Part shown: positions 39,610 to 50,599 of the stretch, piece after piece
Layout: every line of letters starts with the position of its first letter
How positions within the stretch are numbered: the stretch's first letter is position 1
NCBI RefSeq assembly: GCF_000150275.1
Contig: NW_002060966.1
Span: 529,922-593,921, forward strand
Direction: 5' to 3'
Source: Trichoplax adhaerens
Taxonomy: Eukaryota; Animalia; Placozoa
DNA: 64,000 nt
Program-made: the position numbers and the translations under genes
Notes under the pieces: model-generated
The model's database searches: none
Told to the model about the DNA's origin: nothing
The model's input: only the letters and a program-made list of their open reading frames with translations

Positions 39610-42600
39610 ATGCAATCTACACTGCTACTGCTATTGCTTTCAGTTCTTTTAACTAACGTTAATGGTAAGAAAATTCATTGACTATGCATTAGTTTACAGT
39701 ATGGAACAATTTTTTGTACATAGAAAATGCACTAATTGAAAATTTGAATTTTATATTTTAATAGCCGGATGCAATGTTAGTTTTTATGGTCCCAGTAGCA
39801 TAGCAGAAAGTCCTCATTATCCTGACATGTATGATGTCGGAAATTGTTATTACTTCATTAAAGTCCCGTTAGGAAAAGCTTTAGCTCTGTTCTGGCTCCA
39901 TTTCAATGTTGGAACTTCCAAAGAAGATAATCAATGTCGGGGAGATTCGGTTACAGTCTACGACGGTACCATGTTCTCACCTCTGCGCCGATGGACATTC
40001 TGTGGCAACGAAGAAGTAAGAAATCTAACATCGACATCGAACATGATGACTCTATGGTTTAAAAGCAATTCGACTCAGCAATATGATGGTTTTCAAGTGC
40101 AATATGATTCATGTAAGGATAGAAAAACAGTGATTACATGATGATAGCGTCTTGATCTACATGATCTATCGGATGATATAGTTAGCATGAAAGAGTGATT
40201 TGCATTAAACTAATTCTTGACGAAAAGATTATTTTTCCGAAACTTTCATTATCCTTTTGAATACGATTTCAGAATTTAGATGCTATAGATATAAATTACT
40301 TTCGCGGAAAAGGTTATCTACCCAATCAGAACAGCAATGAAAGATCGATACTACAACCTTTCGATGAATAGCTTAAGTAGATTATAAACAAGAATACAGA
40401 CGATTTACTGCAAATAGCTATAGAAATGATCTTCTGTTCCAAAATTGATAATACAACTTTAAAATAGTAAGATCAAAACGGTTTATAAACAAGTAGCTTC
40501 ACAGTTGCTACTGGTAGTTTCTTTGAATGGATGGATTTCGTTAATGCAATATCCGAAACTCTGGCAAAATTAATGAGCCACTAATACGAATCAGTTTAAT
40601 GTAGTTATTTTTGGAAATTAAATTTATTTAATGCATTATCATGATCAACCGGAGTCCTCCAACATTCACCTATTAATTTACTATTGAAGTAACAGCCGTC
40701 AATCTTGCAATTTATAAGGCAATATACACTTGATACTAGTATGAGAATAACTTGATAGAAAACGACTTTTATGCTACTAGACTCAAAAGCTGTAACATCA
40801 GATAGCACTAAACAGACCAATTATCATCAAAAGTAATTGATTGATATAATTTTACCTGTGCTTAATATTATTATCTGTTAGCATGCTATCAAATATCAGT
40901 TCAACTAATAAGCCTGACGTAGATCAGTGTTTAATTAAATCAATTGACCAGGGAAAAAAGCTGTTCGCTATTTGGCTAAAGAAAAGTTATGAAATTGTAA
41001 TAGGGTTATTCGGCTAATATCCTTGTACTTTTTAATTAAATATTGCAGTCGATGTTCCATGCGTAACTCAGACTTATCAAGGCAATCTTGGAATAATTAA
41101 GAGTCCCCATTTTCCCCAGCCTTTTCTAGTTCCATCCTGTAGCATTTACAGAATACAAGTTCCAGCTGGTCGCGTAATAAAATTAACCTGGAATAAATTT
41201 AGTATCAGCCCAAATGTTCCCGTTTCTTCGTGCTTGAATTACATCGAATTATATGATCAATGGCTAAAATCAGAAAATAAAATTTATAAATTTTGTTCTG
41301 GCGACAAGCTACCACCATCATTTACATCTAGTAGCAACACTGTCTACCTGACATTCACAGCGTCTACGATCAGCTCGCTAAATTCAGGATTCGAAGGTGT
41401 CTATCGCTCAAGTAAGTATTTGCATCATCAAGAAAATAGATATACATTCAGATTTTCTGTTTATCTATTACTATGTAGACTATAAGCATGAAATCTGTTT
41501 CATTTCTATGCATATGTCAAAATTAACAGATATAAGCACTCAGCAGCATTAATAAGTAAACTCATGACTTTATGAATGACACTGTAAAGTGATGGAGTTG
41601 AACTTTAAACTTTTAGTGATGAATTAAATCAGCACATATAGATTGCACATTAACTCAAAAAGACTATTTTTAACACTAATCATTCTTTCTCCAACTTTAT
41701 TCTAGTTACTCGAGATGTGTGCAATATTAAGAGTGAAACTCCAACTGGAGCTATTACCGTTCCTAATAATCCATCGTATCTTCACCTAGACCTCGACTGC
41801 TTTGTAACCATCAATATTATTGATATTGACTATATTATCCTTAGATGGGTAGAATTTGGTCCCCAACTATTTGACAATCCTTCTTTATGCAAAAATTATA
41901 TTGCTATTTATAATGGTCTAATCAATTCCACTGATTTGATTATGTCATTGAAAATGTGTCAAGAAGGAAACGCTACTACGTTGCCAGTAAAATCAAAGAA
42001 TTTGATCAATGTACGCTATCGTGTTTGGGATTATAATCACTTTAAGAACTTTCGATTCTTTTATATAGGGGGTAAGAAGCAAATAATATGAGAGTATAGT
42101 GAAAGATCATTCAACTTTTACTTGCCGATACTTTATTCATATTGGCATCGTAATATTGCACTCGAGTGAACGAAAACTACGGTTTATTCTCGTGTTGTAT
42201 AACTTATTTTAGAATCTTCATCATAGCCTTGGCATCAATTAGTGACATCGCCAAGAAATTTTCTGATGCAATAGCTTTTGTTAGTCTCAGTTTCGTAATT
42301 TATCGAACTACTTAATTCTTAAATAGCAGCTACAATCTTAAGAAAATGACATACAGTAAATTTATAGATATCTCAGCCTTAGCAATATTGATGCTCTAAA
42401 GTAAAAAATGTTGACAAAACGTTAGTGAGTTGCGATATTGCATATGATCTTAACTTCACCCATGTTATTAAAAGATAGAGTAATGTTTTACCAAATTTAA
42501 CTGTAGTTAATTCGAATTAAGCATAGCTTTCTTTACCGTAGTGTGATACTGGTTTATCTTTGGCCACAATCTTCTATCATTAGGAATGAGAAATTTTTAG

Positions 42601-43589
42601 ATTTTAGAGTAGTTATAGCGTACCTCGCAGTTCATTTATTACGTCTTTGCAGCCACCGTCTCGGCTCAATTATAAACTAGGGATCGATAATTCTCTGTAA
42701 TATTACATTTAGTAAACTTTATGATACAATAATGCTCTGAACTAGTTCAATACAAGGGTTATAGATAAATATCTGTATATGTTGTAATTATGAAAATTTT
42801 CTTTGAGTCAGGCATAGTATCGTAGTAAATACATTCATGATAATAAAGCATAAGCATAACCTCGCCAATTTTTAATTTAAAGTCTCTTCCCAACAACTAC
42901 AAAAGAAAATTAAATTTTCCAATGCCAGCTGTGAAGATATTGAATGGTATTATGAAGCGCCTTTTGGAAATGTAGTTGTTGAATCAACATTATCTTGTAA
43001 AGGTAAAAGATATCGTATTATTAATATCTATTCTAAGGCAATTCCTGCCATCAATTGACTACAATCTTGCTCTAGACATCTTAAATTATAAATTAAGCAA
43101 AAAATTGTCGATCATATCCCATTTCTTCATAATAAGAATATATTTACATTCATTTACTGTATACCTTATCTATATTTCAATTAGAAATAGTAAATTTGAT
43201 TTACTTACTTGCAAACGATAAAGTATAATGCATGGCTGTACACTCTAGGAATATTCGTTTCTATCCAAATATACTTACAGTAACTAAATAATAAATATTA
43301 ATTTGACATAATTACTTTATCGAAGAGCAACGATTTATAATTTTTATAGCTTGGTTTGTAGGTGATTATATGCCATTTATTAGTAGCTTTGATCTACGAA
43401 TATGATTGCTTACCTCACGTGTCTTTCCTGTCTCCTTTTCATACAGAACCTGCTTCTAAGCTAGCCACTTGGGTCATGATTGTTATTTTTTGCGGGGTAG
43501 GCTTAGCTTCGACTGTGCTTATTATTGTTTCTGGATGTTTGCTGGCCCGTTATTTGCAAAGAAGTAGACAACGTTACCAAAACTTGTAA
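39610..43589 (+). CDS. CUB gene 4: signal peptide-3xCUB-novel Cys module-TM-tail ending YQNL; exons 39610-39664, 39765-40112, 41049-41411, 41706-42071, 42883-43002, 43447-43589
   Basis: MQSTLLLLLLSVLLTNVNA; three CUB exons colinear with gene 3; TM LATWVMIVIFCGVGLASTVLIIVSGCLLA; phase-1 introns. Confidence 0.9.
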
Positions 43590-45230
43590 CATGTAGCATA
43601 TCTTGGTATCGAATTACAAAGTAAATCAGATGTCGTAATCTATAAACCAGAAATTTTAAAGTATAACACGATTGTAGCTTTTTTAAATACAAATATTGCA
43701 AGAAATATACTCTTATGGATTCATATTTTCTTTTCCTCTGTTGTAAATGTTATATTACTAGTATTACAAAATTATATAATTTTTTTCGTATTGCAACTGT
43801 ATCACTTTGTTACAGTGTTAAATACTGTATTACAGTACAAATATCTATGTTAGGATAATTCTATTAGACTATCCTTATTTAGTTAACTTCTAATTTGGAT
43901 ATACTGTGTTTTAATATAGCACTGACTTTTTATCACAGTGATACTTATACACATACTGAAATTAATAGTTATAATAGGGAATGCAAATCATCTACTTACA
44001 GTTCCAATCATTGTGATTGTAATTTACTTATGGTAGATTGTAAATTATCATGGAAATGTTCCGTGATAGGACATATCGTAATCTGACTATTCTGTATTAG
44101 TCATTACATGTCTATATTCGTAAATACCGTTGTCTGCATTAAGGGAGCAGTAGCTAAACTTAATGTCTAATTCAGTAAATGATTCCGAGGTTAATTGTAT
44201 TAACTATGACTCATGAACTATTGAGGAATAGTATATAAATGCAGTATATCGTGAAATAAAGAGAATTCTCCAACTTAGTGTTTAACGTAAAATACGAGGC
44301 GTTTAAGTCTTTGTGTAGTCTGCTAGTAGAGCAAAAGTGTTTGTGATAGTGCAGATATCGTTCCTTGATACGTGGTTCAAGGAATTGACTTATTGATCGT
44401 ATATTGAGTTATCTTGTTGCAAAGCTGTTTTGTGACACACTTGCATAAAAGATTACGGATATGCCATTTTATATATTTGCAATATAAAAGTGCAAATATC
44501 AAATGAAACTAAACACAACAACCATCATCATAGTTAAGCAGCGTCAATACCTAGTTGTCAGTGAATTTGATAGAAAAATCATAAGACGCACTAGAAGTAC
44601 TTTTATAATTCTTTCTTTTCCACTACATCTCAATTACCATGTTTTCAGGTCATAATACTTCAAAAGAGACATAGTATTCTCAGATATAGCTAACCTATTA
44701 TGACTTTACGTACGAGATAATAAAGCTTGCAAGAGCTGCTGCTATCAGTTTATCATTTTATTAGACATAGAAATACTGTATGCTTTAAAATTGATACCAA
44801 ATGTATTTTCTGTCAAAATGTAAATTATTTGCTTATTACCCTGGAAAATTGGATACTATGATTATAATGAAATTTTTGTAATCAATTTTCTTTTTTCTCT
44901 ATTGTTAATCCTTCAGTTGTAAAAATAATTAAGAGGTGATCTACATCAAACATTAAAAATTGCTCCCGTTATAGTTTTTGCAGCTCATGTTCAATGTATT
45001 ATATTAAGTATATTACATTTAGATTATTGCAACGATTTTCCGTTTAATCTACTGTCTACTCATTACCCCAATGGATATTCAAAGTATCGTAATCAGGTCC
45101 CTCTATATAAAGAATTATTGTCATAATTTTGATTTATACTATATGGCTCTCAATGTGTGCAATCCTCTATCGCTATTAAATTGTATTCTTCAATATCCAT
45201 TATTTTGTTGGTTAATACTTACTCTATATA

Positions 45231-45557
45231 AATGATCTACTTGCATACTCAAATCTATTGGTTACTCAATTTCGATCATGCAAGTATTGGCCACATGAAT
45301 TTCATGGTGGGTAGTAAACTTTGAAGTACATAAAATTTCTGATGCTCTATCTTGTACAATTTTAGTAGCAGTTTTAATATGATAACAGCCTCTAAAAATG
45401 ATCTACTTGTATACTCATATCTATTGGTTACTCAATTTCGATCATGCAAGTATTGGCCACATGAATTTCATGGTGAGTAGTAGACCTTGGAGTACATGAA
45501 ATTTCTGACGCTCTATCTCGTACAACTTTAGTAGTAGTTTTAATAGGATAACAGCCA
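45231..45557. repeat. Recent direct tandem duplication (~166 bp x2)
   Basis: aaatgatctacttg...tctattggttactcaatttcgatcatgcaagtattggccacatgaatttcatggtg...gataacagcc at 45231 and ~45397. Confidence 0.9.
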
Positions 45558-45629
45558 CCTAGGCTATTTGCTATCTTCGGATATCCGCTCTAATATAGAA
45601 AGATTACGCAGTTAAGTAGCGTTGATAAA

Positions 45630-46130
45630 GTATCTGTTGCAGCGCAATCAATCATCATCTCTTTGTTTACAGCTACTTTAAGAGCTTGACACTGTTGTTC
45701 TATAGTAAAGAAACTGATATCAAGTCATTTAAAGCTTAGAGATCCCCTTGAAAGACATTTAAAATTCATCAAATAATACTTGCACTAGATTAAAGCCATC
45801 AATTGTGTGTTTCTGCAATTCTGCAGTATCTGTTGCAGCGCAATCCATCAACCTTCCCATGTTTACATCAACTTTAAGAGCTTGATACTGTTGTTCTATA
45901 GTAAAGAAACCAATATCAAGTCTTATAGAGCTTAGTTCCCCTCAAAAGACATTTAAAATTCATCGAATACCAGTTGTACTAGACTAAAGCCATGAATAGG
46001 GCATTCCTGCAATTCTGCAGTAGCGCAATCCATCAACCTCCCATGTCTACATCCGCTTTAAGAGCTTGATACCGTTGTTCTATAGTATAGAAACCAATAT
46101 CAAGTCATATAAAGCTTAGAGATCCCCTTA
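45630..46130. repeat. ~190 bp satellite, about 3 copies; same family as 54030-55320
   Basis: gcgcaatc.atca...tttaagagcttga.ac.gttgttctatagta.agaaac..atatcaagtc three times. Confidence 0.9.
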
Positions 46131-46139
46131 AGAAAAATA

Positions 46140-46995
46140 ATTTTTCAGTGTCTGTCTTAGCTACTAAAATAAGACCGTGAAATAGCTTAATAACTGATAA
46201 AGCTATTAGATTTCAGTCTGGCAAATGATTTCTAAAATTTTAATGTATAGGTTACGGTTAATATACGCAAGTTTATTGAGTAGAATATCATGGACAAAAT
46301 CAACAGGTCGCTATGCGTCATCCTTGGTCTAATCACATGCAAAACATGTCTAACGGACTGTAATCTCTACCGTAACACTAAATTACTGCGATAAGTTAAT
46401 TCTTAATCTTGACAACAAATTAACTATCGTATCGAACTTAGTGATCACTGCCAAAATCTATAGGTATTTTATGAAAGAATCGTAGAAATTTTGAACTAAG
46501 CAAGGAGACAGCTTTACTTATATTTCTTAGCTAGTAAAATCTTATCCGGTTCCTTTACCATCAGTCATTCTACGCCAAACGATCCCTTAAATGATACAAT
46601 ACTTTGAAGAAAGTTTATAAAGGTTCATAAATATACCTTCTAGGCTGCAATTTAAGACAAAGATAGATAGTGTCCTCAAATATAACCTTTACAGTTTCTA
46701 TTGCAAAGGATTCTCACAGATGGCTACGTCAAATTTTACTGAAATACGTTCAAAATGGCGTCTTCTAACGCCTTTTTCATGCTCATTAAGGCATATATAT
46801 ATATATGTCAACGGCAATTTGCGAAATCCGGCATTTTGCAAAATAACTGAAATCCTTTAGGCATTTTGCAAAATGCCTAATCCCAATTCAACCATGTATT
46901 TCAAACGATCCTAAAATGGTAATAACAATAAGACATCTGTACATTTCTTGGATTTAATAGATAAATTTTAAAATGCGTATATATGCAGTGAACTC
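46140..46995 (+). pseudogene. Remnant of a CUB gene 3-like locus with the entire coding region deleted
   Basis: 46140-46800 matches the gene 3 upstream region (~30880-31545) and ~46885-46995 matches the gene 3 downstream region (~35271-35385). About 80 bp of unrelated palindromic sequence lies between them. Confidence 0.7.
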
Positions 46996-48224
46996 AGCTA
47001 ATCATAAGACGTGGTAATATTGTTGCAGTAGATAGAAACTACTTAAGTCAATTGCAAATGCTATCTGATAGTGGTATCCTTATCTTTAGTAGGTTATGCC
47101 ATATTTAAATAAATAAGCAAATAGTGATATCTAAGAAAAAAAGTATGCTTACCGCTAATAAGCTGCGACGATGATATATTCACGAATGGCCAGACTATAG
47201 TTATAAAATGTATTATAATGCTGCACTAGTATCAATCAAGTTCATGATCCAGAATTTATCACGAGATCATAGGCACTAATATTTACGCATTTAGTCCTCT
47301 GGTTTATAATGCATACTTCAGTTTCCCATTAGAATCTACTGTAGTTTAATCCTTTAATCTTTTCGACTTAAATTTCAGTAATTAATATATAGGCTAATTA
47401 GCTAATAGGTTTATAGTTAATTTTTGTACTTTTAGGGTAATATTAATTTTAGATAAATTGCCTAATACAATTTAGCAATACATTTTTAGAAACGATGACT
47501 ATAGACTGACTTAATTAACAATTTTAAAATATGTACTTCGGAAAAGGATCTGTCTTAACTAAGACTTGCAATAGTAGTTAAATATTGCAGCTTAGCTTTA
47601 CTTAAAACGTTAATTCAAATTTGCAGGAAGGGTTAATTTACTTCATGTGGGTTTAATAGCGGCCAAAAATAATGTAGTTATGAAAGTAAATGACCATTTC
47701 CACCCTAAATGATTATATGACATGCGCATAATGGCAAAATGTGCTATGTCATTTAAATTCAATTCTGCAAGGATAAAAAAGACGAAAACTTAAATTTAGA
47801 GCTAGGATTAAAATAAATAAAGACTAAACTATTGCATAGCAACCAGATATATAAGCTATATTTAATTAATTATATTGATATTTGCATACCAAAAGCTGAT
47901 ATTTTGTTTATCGGTGCTATGCAACTAATCTGGGTGAGGTTAATTCTATTTCTAGCCATCAATAGAAGAAATATAGCTATGGTCAGCATTAATCAGTTTG
48001 GTACTCTTTGTTTGCAAATTCAGAGGACTTTATTTCATCTGTTGATATATTAATTTATGCTTGCCACATTTGTCCGCTATAGCTCTCGTTGTTATTCTAT
48101 TCAATGTTGTTAACAAAGGTTTATACGTTAGATTAAGTAAAAAAGAAAAGTCATTTACTTTCTATTCAGAAGCTTTCTACGTCTAGCAGAAATAGCTAAC
48201 GAAACTTGTTATTCCAGTCGTCAG

Positions 48225-49300
48225 AAAATTTCGTGAAAGAAATACGATTTAGTAAGTTAAAATTCTTTTATTTGGTTGAAGGATTCCTTTTAGGTTATCA
48301 TGATACAACAGTCTATAGTAAAAGATAGGGTTCACGGCATCGATTGTATCTCGTACTTATTAACTCGAGCAATATCATCGTGCTTTGACGGTTAAATTTT
48401 AGCACTTTTAGGGAGATTAAAGGCTATCATTAAGTCATAATTGAAATAATATCTTTCAATATCTCCTTTAGTCACTAAAAATGAAGCCATAAAGTAGTAT
48501 ACAAGCTGGTGAAGCTATATTAGTAGAAGATAGAGCCCTTAGAATCGATTATGCCTGGTGCTTATTAACTCTAGTATCTGTAAGCATTAAACGTAAAATT
48601 TTCACATTCGTTTGGGTAAAATGGAGTTTATTTTGAAGTCGTGGCTGAAAGAATGTCTTCCAAAGATTCTTTTAGTCACTGAAAATTAAGACCCTGAAGT
48701 AGTTCACTTACTGGTAAAGCTATTTAATCCCAGTTTTGCAAATGATTATTAAATTTTAATGCATAGGTAGCTTACGGTTAACATATAAGAGTTTTGTTAA
48801 TAGAAGATAATGGATACAAATCATTCGTTTGCTATGCATTAGCCATGGATAAATCACTTACTAGGCACTTGTAAGAAACTGCAGTGGTTTCTATTAAAAA
48901 ATAAACCTATTGCATTGAATTGATTCTTAATTTCCATAAGGAATCAACTATTGTATCGATTTTAAAAATCGCTACCAATTTCAACAAGTAATTTATAAAG
49001 AAATCGCAGATTTAAATTACGTATAGGCTATACCATTCTTTAAGATAGGCATGATAGTATCTAGACATAGAACCTTGTACAGTTTCTATTGCAAAGGACT
49101 TCTTATAAATGCCTATGTCAAATTGTACAGAACAGCGTTTAAAATGATGAGTTCTAACGCCAATGCTCACTGACAGTATATACGCATATTCCTAAACATC
49201 TAATGCATTATAGCCCAGTAAATGTGTAATGTCATATAACAGAACCATTTATCGATAATAATAATTGTGCAAACCGCAACAGAATAATTTGTATGTCAAC
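48225..49300 (+). repeat. Upstream/5'-UTR-intron region of CUB gene 5, a diverged paralogue of 30440-31650
   Basis: aaatttcgtga.aga.atacgattt.gtaagtt.aaattct, ttatcatgat.caaca, aactctagtatct and gcaaatgatt..taaattttaatg.ataggt are shared in the same order. Confidence 0.75.
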
Positions 49301-50599
49301 TTTGACTACTGATTTATATAACTGTTATGAAATGAATTTGAGGTTAAAGTGAATTTACCGTTTAGATAAACTTCTTGTAATCAATCGCTGCGAGATACCT
49401 TGGCGATCAGGTTCTACTTTTTAATAATCATCGATACTAACATTTTTATGGTAATCGTCATCGATTTTTAAATATGACATACTATAATGCGATCCTCTTA
49501 TATAACGACATGAAAGCGTTTAGATTGCTATATTTTTTTTTGGGGGGGGGCAATAAACTAAACGAAATCATACCAAAATTGAAATCAAGTAGAGTACTAG
49601 CGTTATATCAACAGTAATAATTATTCCAGTATTATTTTTAATTTACGATAATATAGTTACCACATCGTAAAGATTATTAAAATCTCTTAATAAATGTCGA
49701 GATAAAATTATTGTATAATAAATATCATGATAGCGACTAGATACAGTACTATGTTTAATGTAGATACTATTTTCGTTCACAACATCCAATAATAAATTTT
49801 ATTTCAGGAAGTAAATATCAAAATTTCATAAATAGGGAACCTTTAGTACCATGCTAGGATAACTTCTAGCAAAATATTAGAAATTTTCTTTTTCTCAATT
49901 CGGGTCCATATCTTTCCATTATGAGTTTCTACCATTTTATGATCCGTAGTTCGTTAAGTGATCAAAAGATAATGAAAATTATTTAACTAAGTAAAAATCA
50001 GCTAATATTGTTTATTTGAGCATAACGTTTAGATTTGAAAGGCGCTGAAGCATACGTTTATGCTTACTTGCATGGGCATCGTAGAAATTACATAAAGGGA
50101 TTAATAAATGTGTATAATATTAACTAAATTTTTATCAAATTTAGCCTTAGAGGGCCATCTTCAAAATTAAGACTGTCATTCGACTTTGGCTAGTCTGCTA
50201 ATATTCTTCGAGGGGTGCAGCACAATTATTAAATAGAACAAGGATTGTTTAGCAATTTTATCAAATTAATTACGGTACGATATATCATACTCATTGCACA
50301 AGGAATTTATTCGTCCATGGAATGTTATCGGCAGTGATCACATTTTGATTAATTAATCTGAATTTGATCGGTTGTTTCCCAAAAATTCAAGAATAAAGTA
50401 CAGTTGATAAAAACCACGACACGGAAGTATATCTTACCAGCTATTGTTTATTTAGCAATTGTTTAGTCAGCGTTATTCAACTTGCCATAGAAATAAGACA
50501 TAATACTTTTTAATTGATACATATGCTCAATGATGACGATATATTTATTTCTGTGACATTAATCGAATTTTTGACGGTCGCGTATTCAGGCTAATCAAC

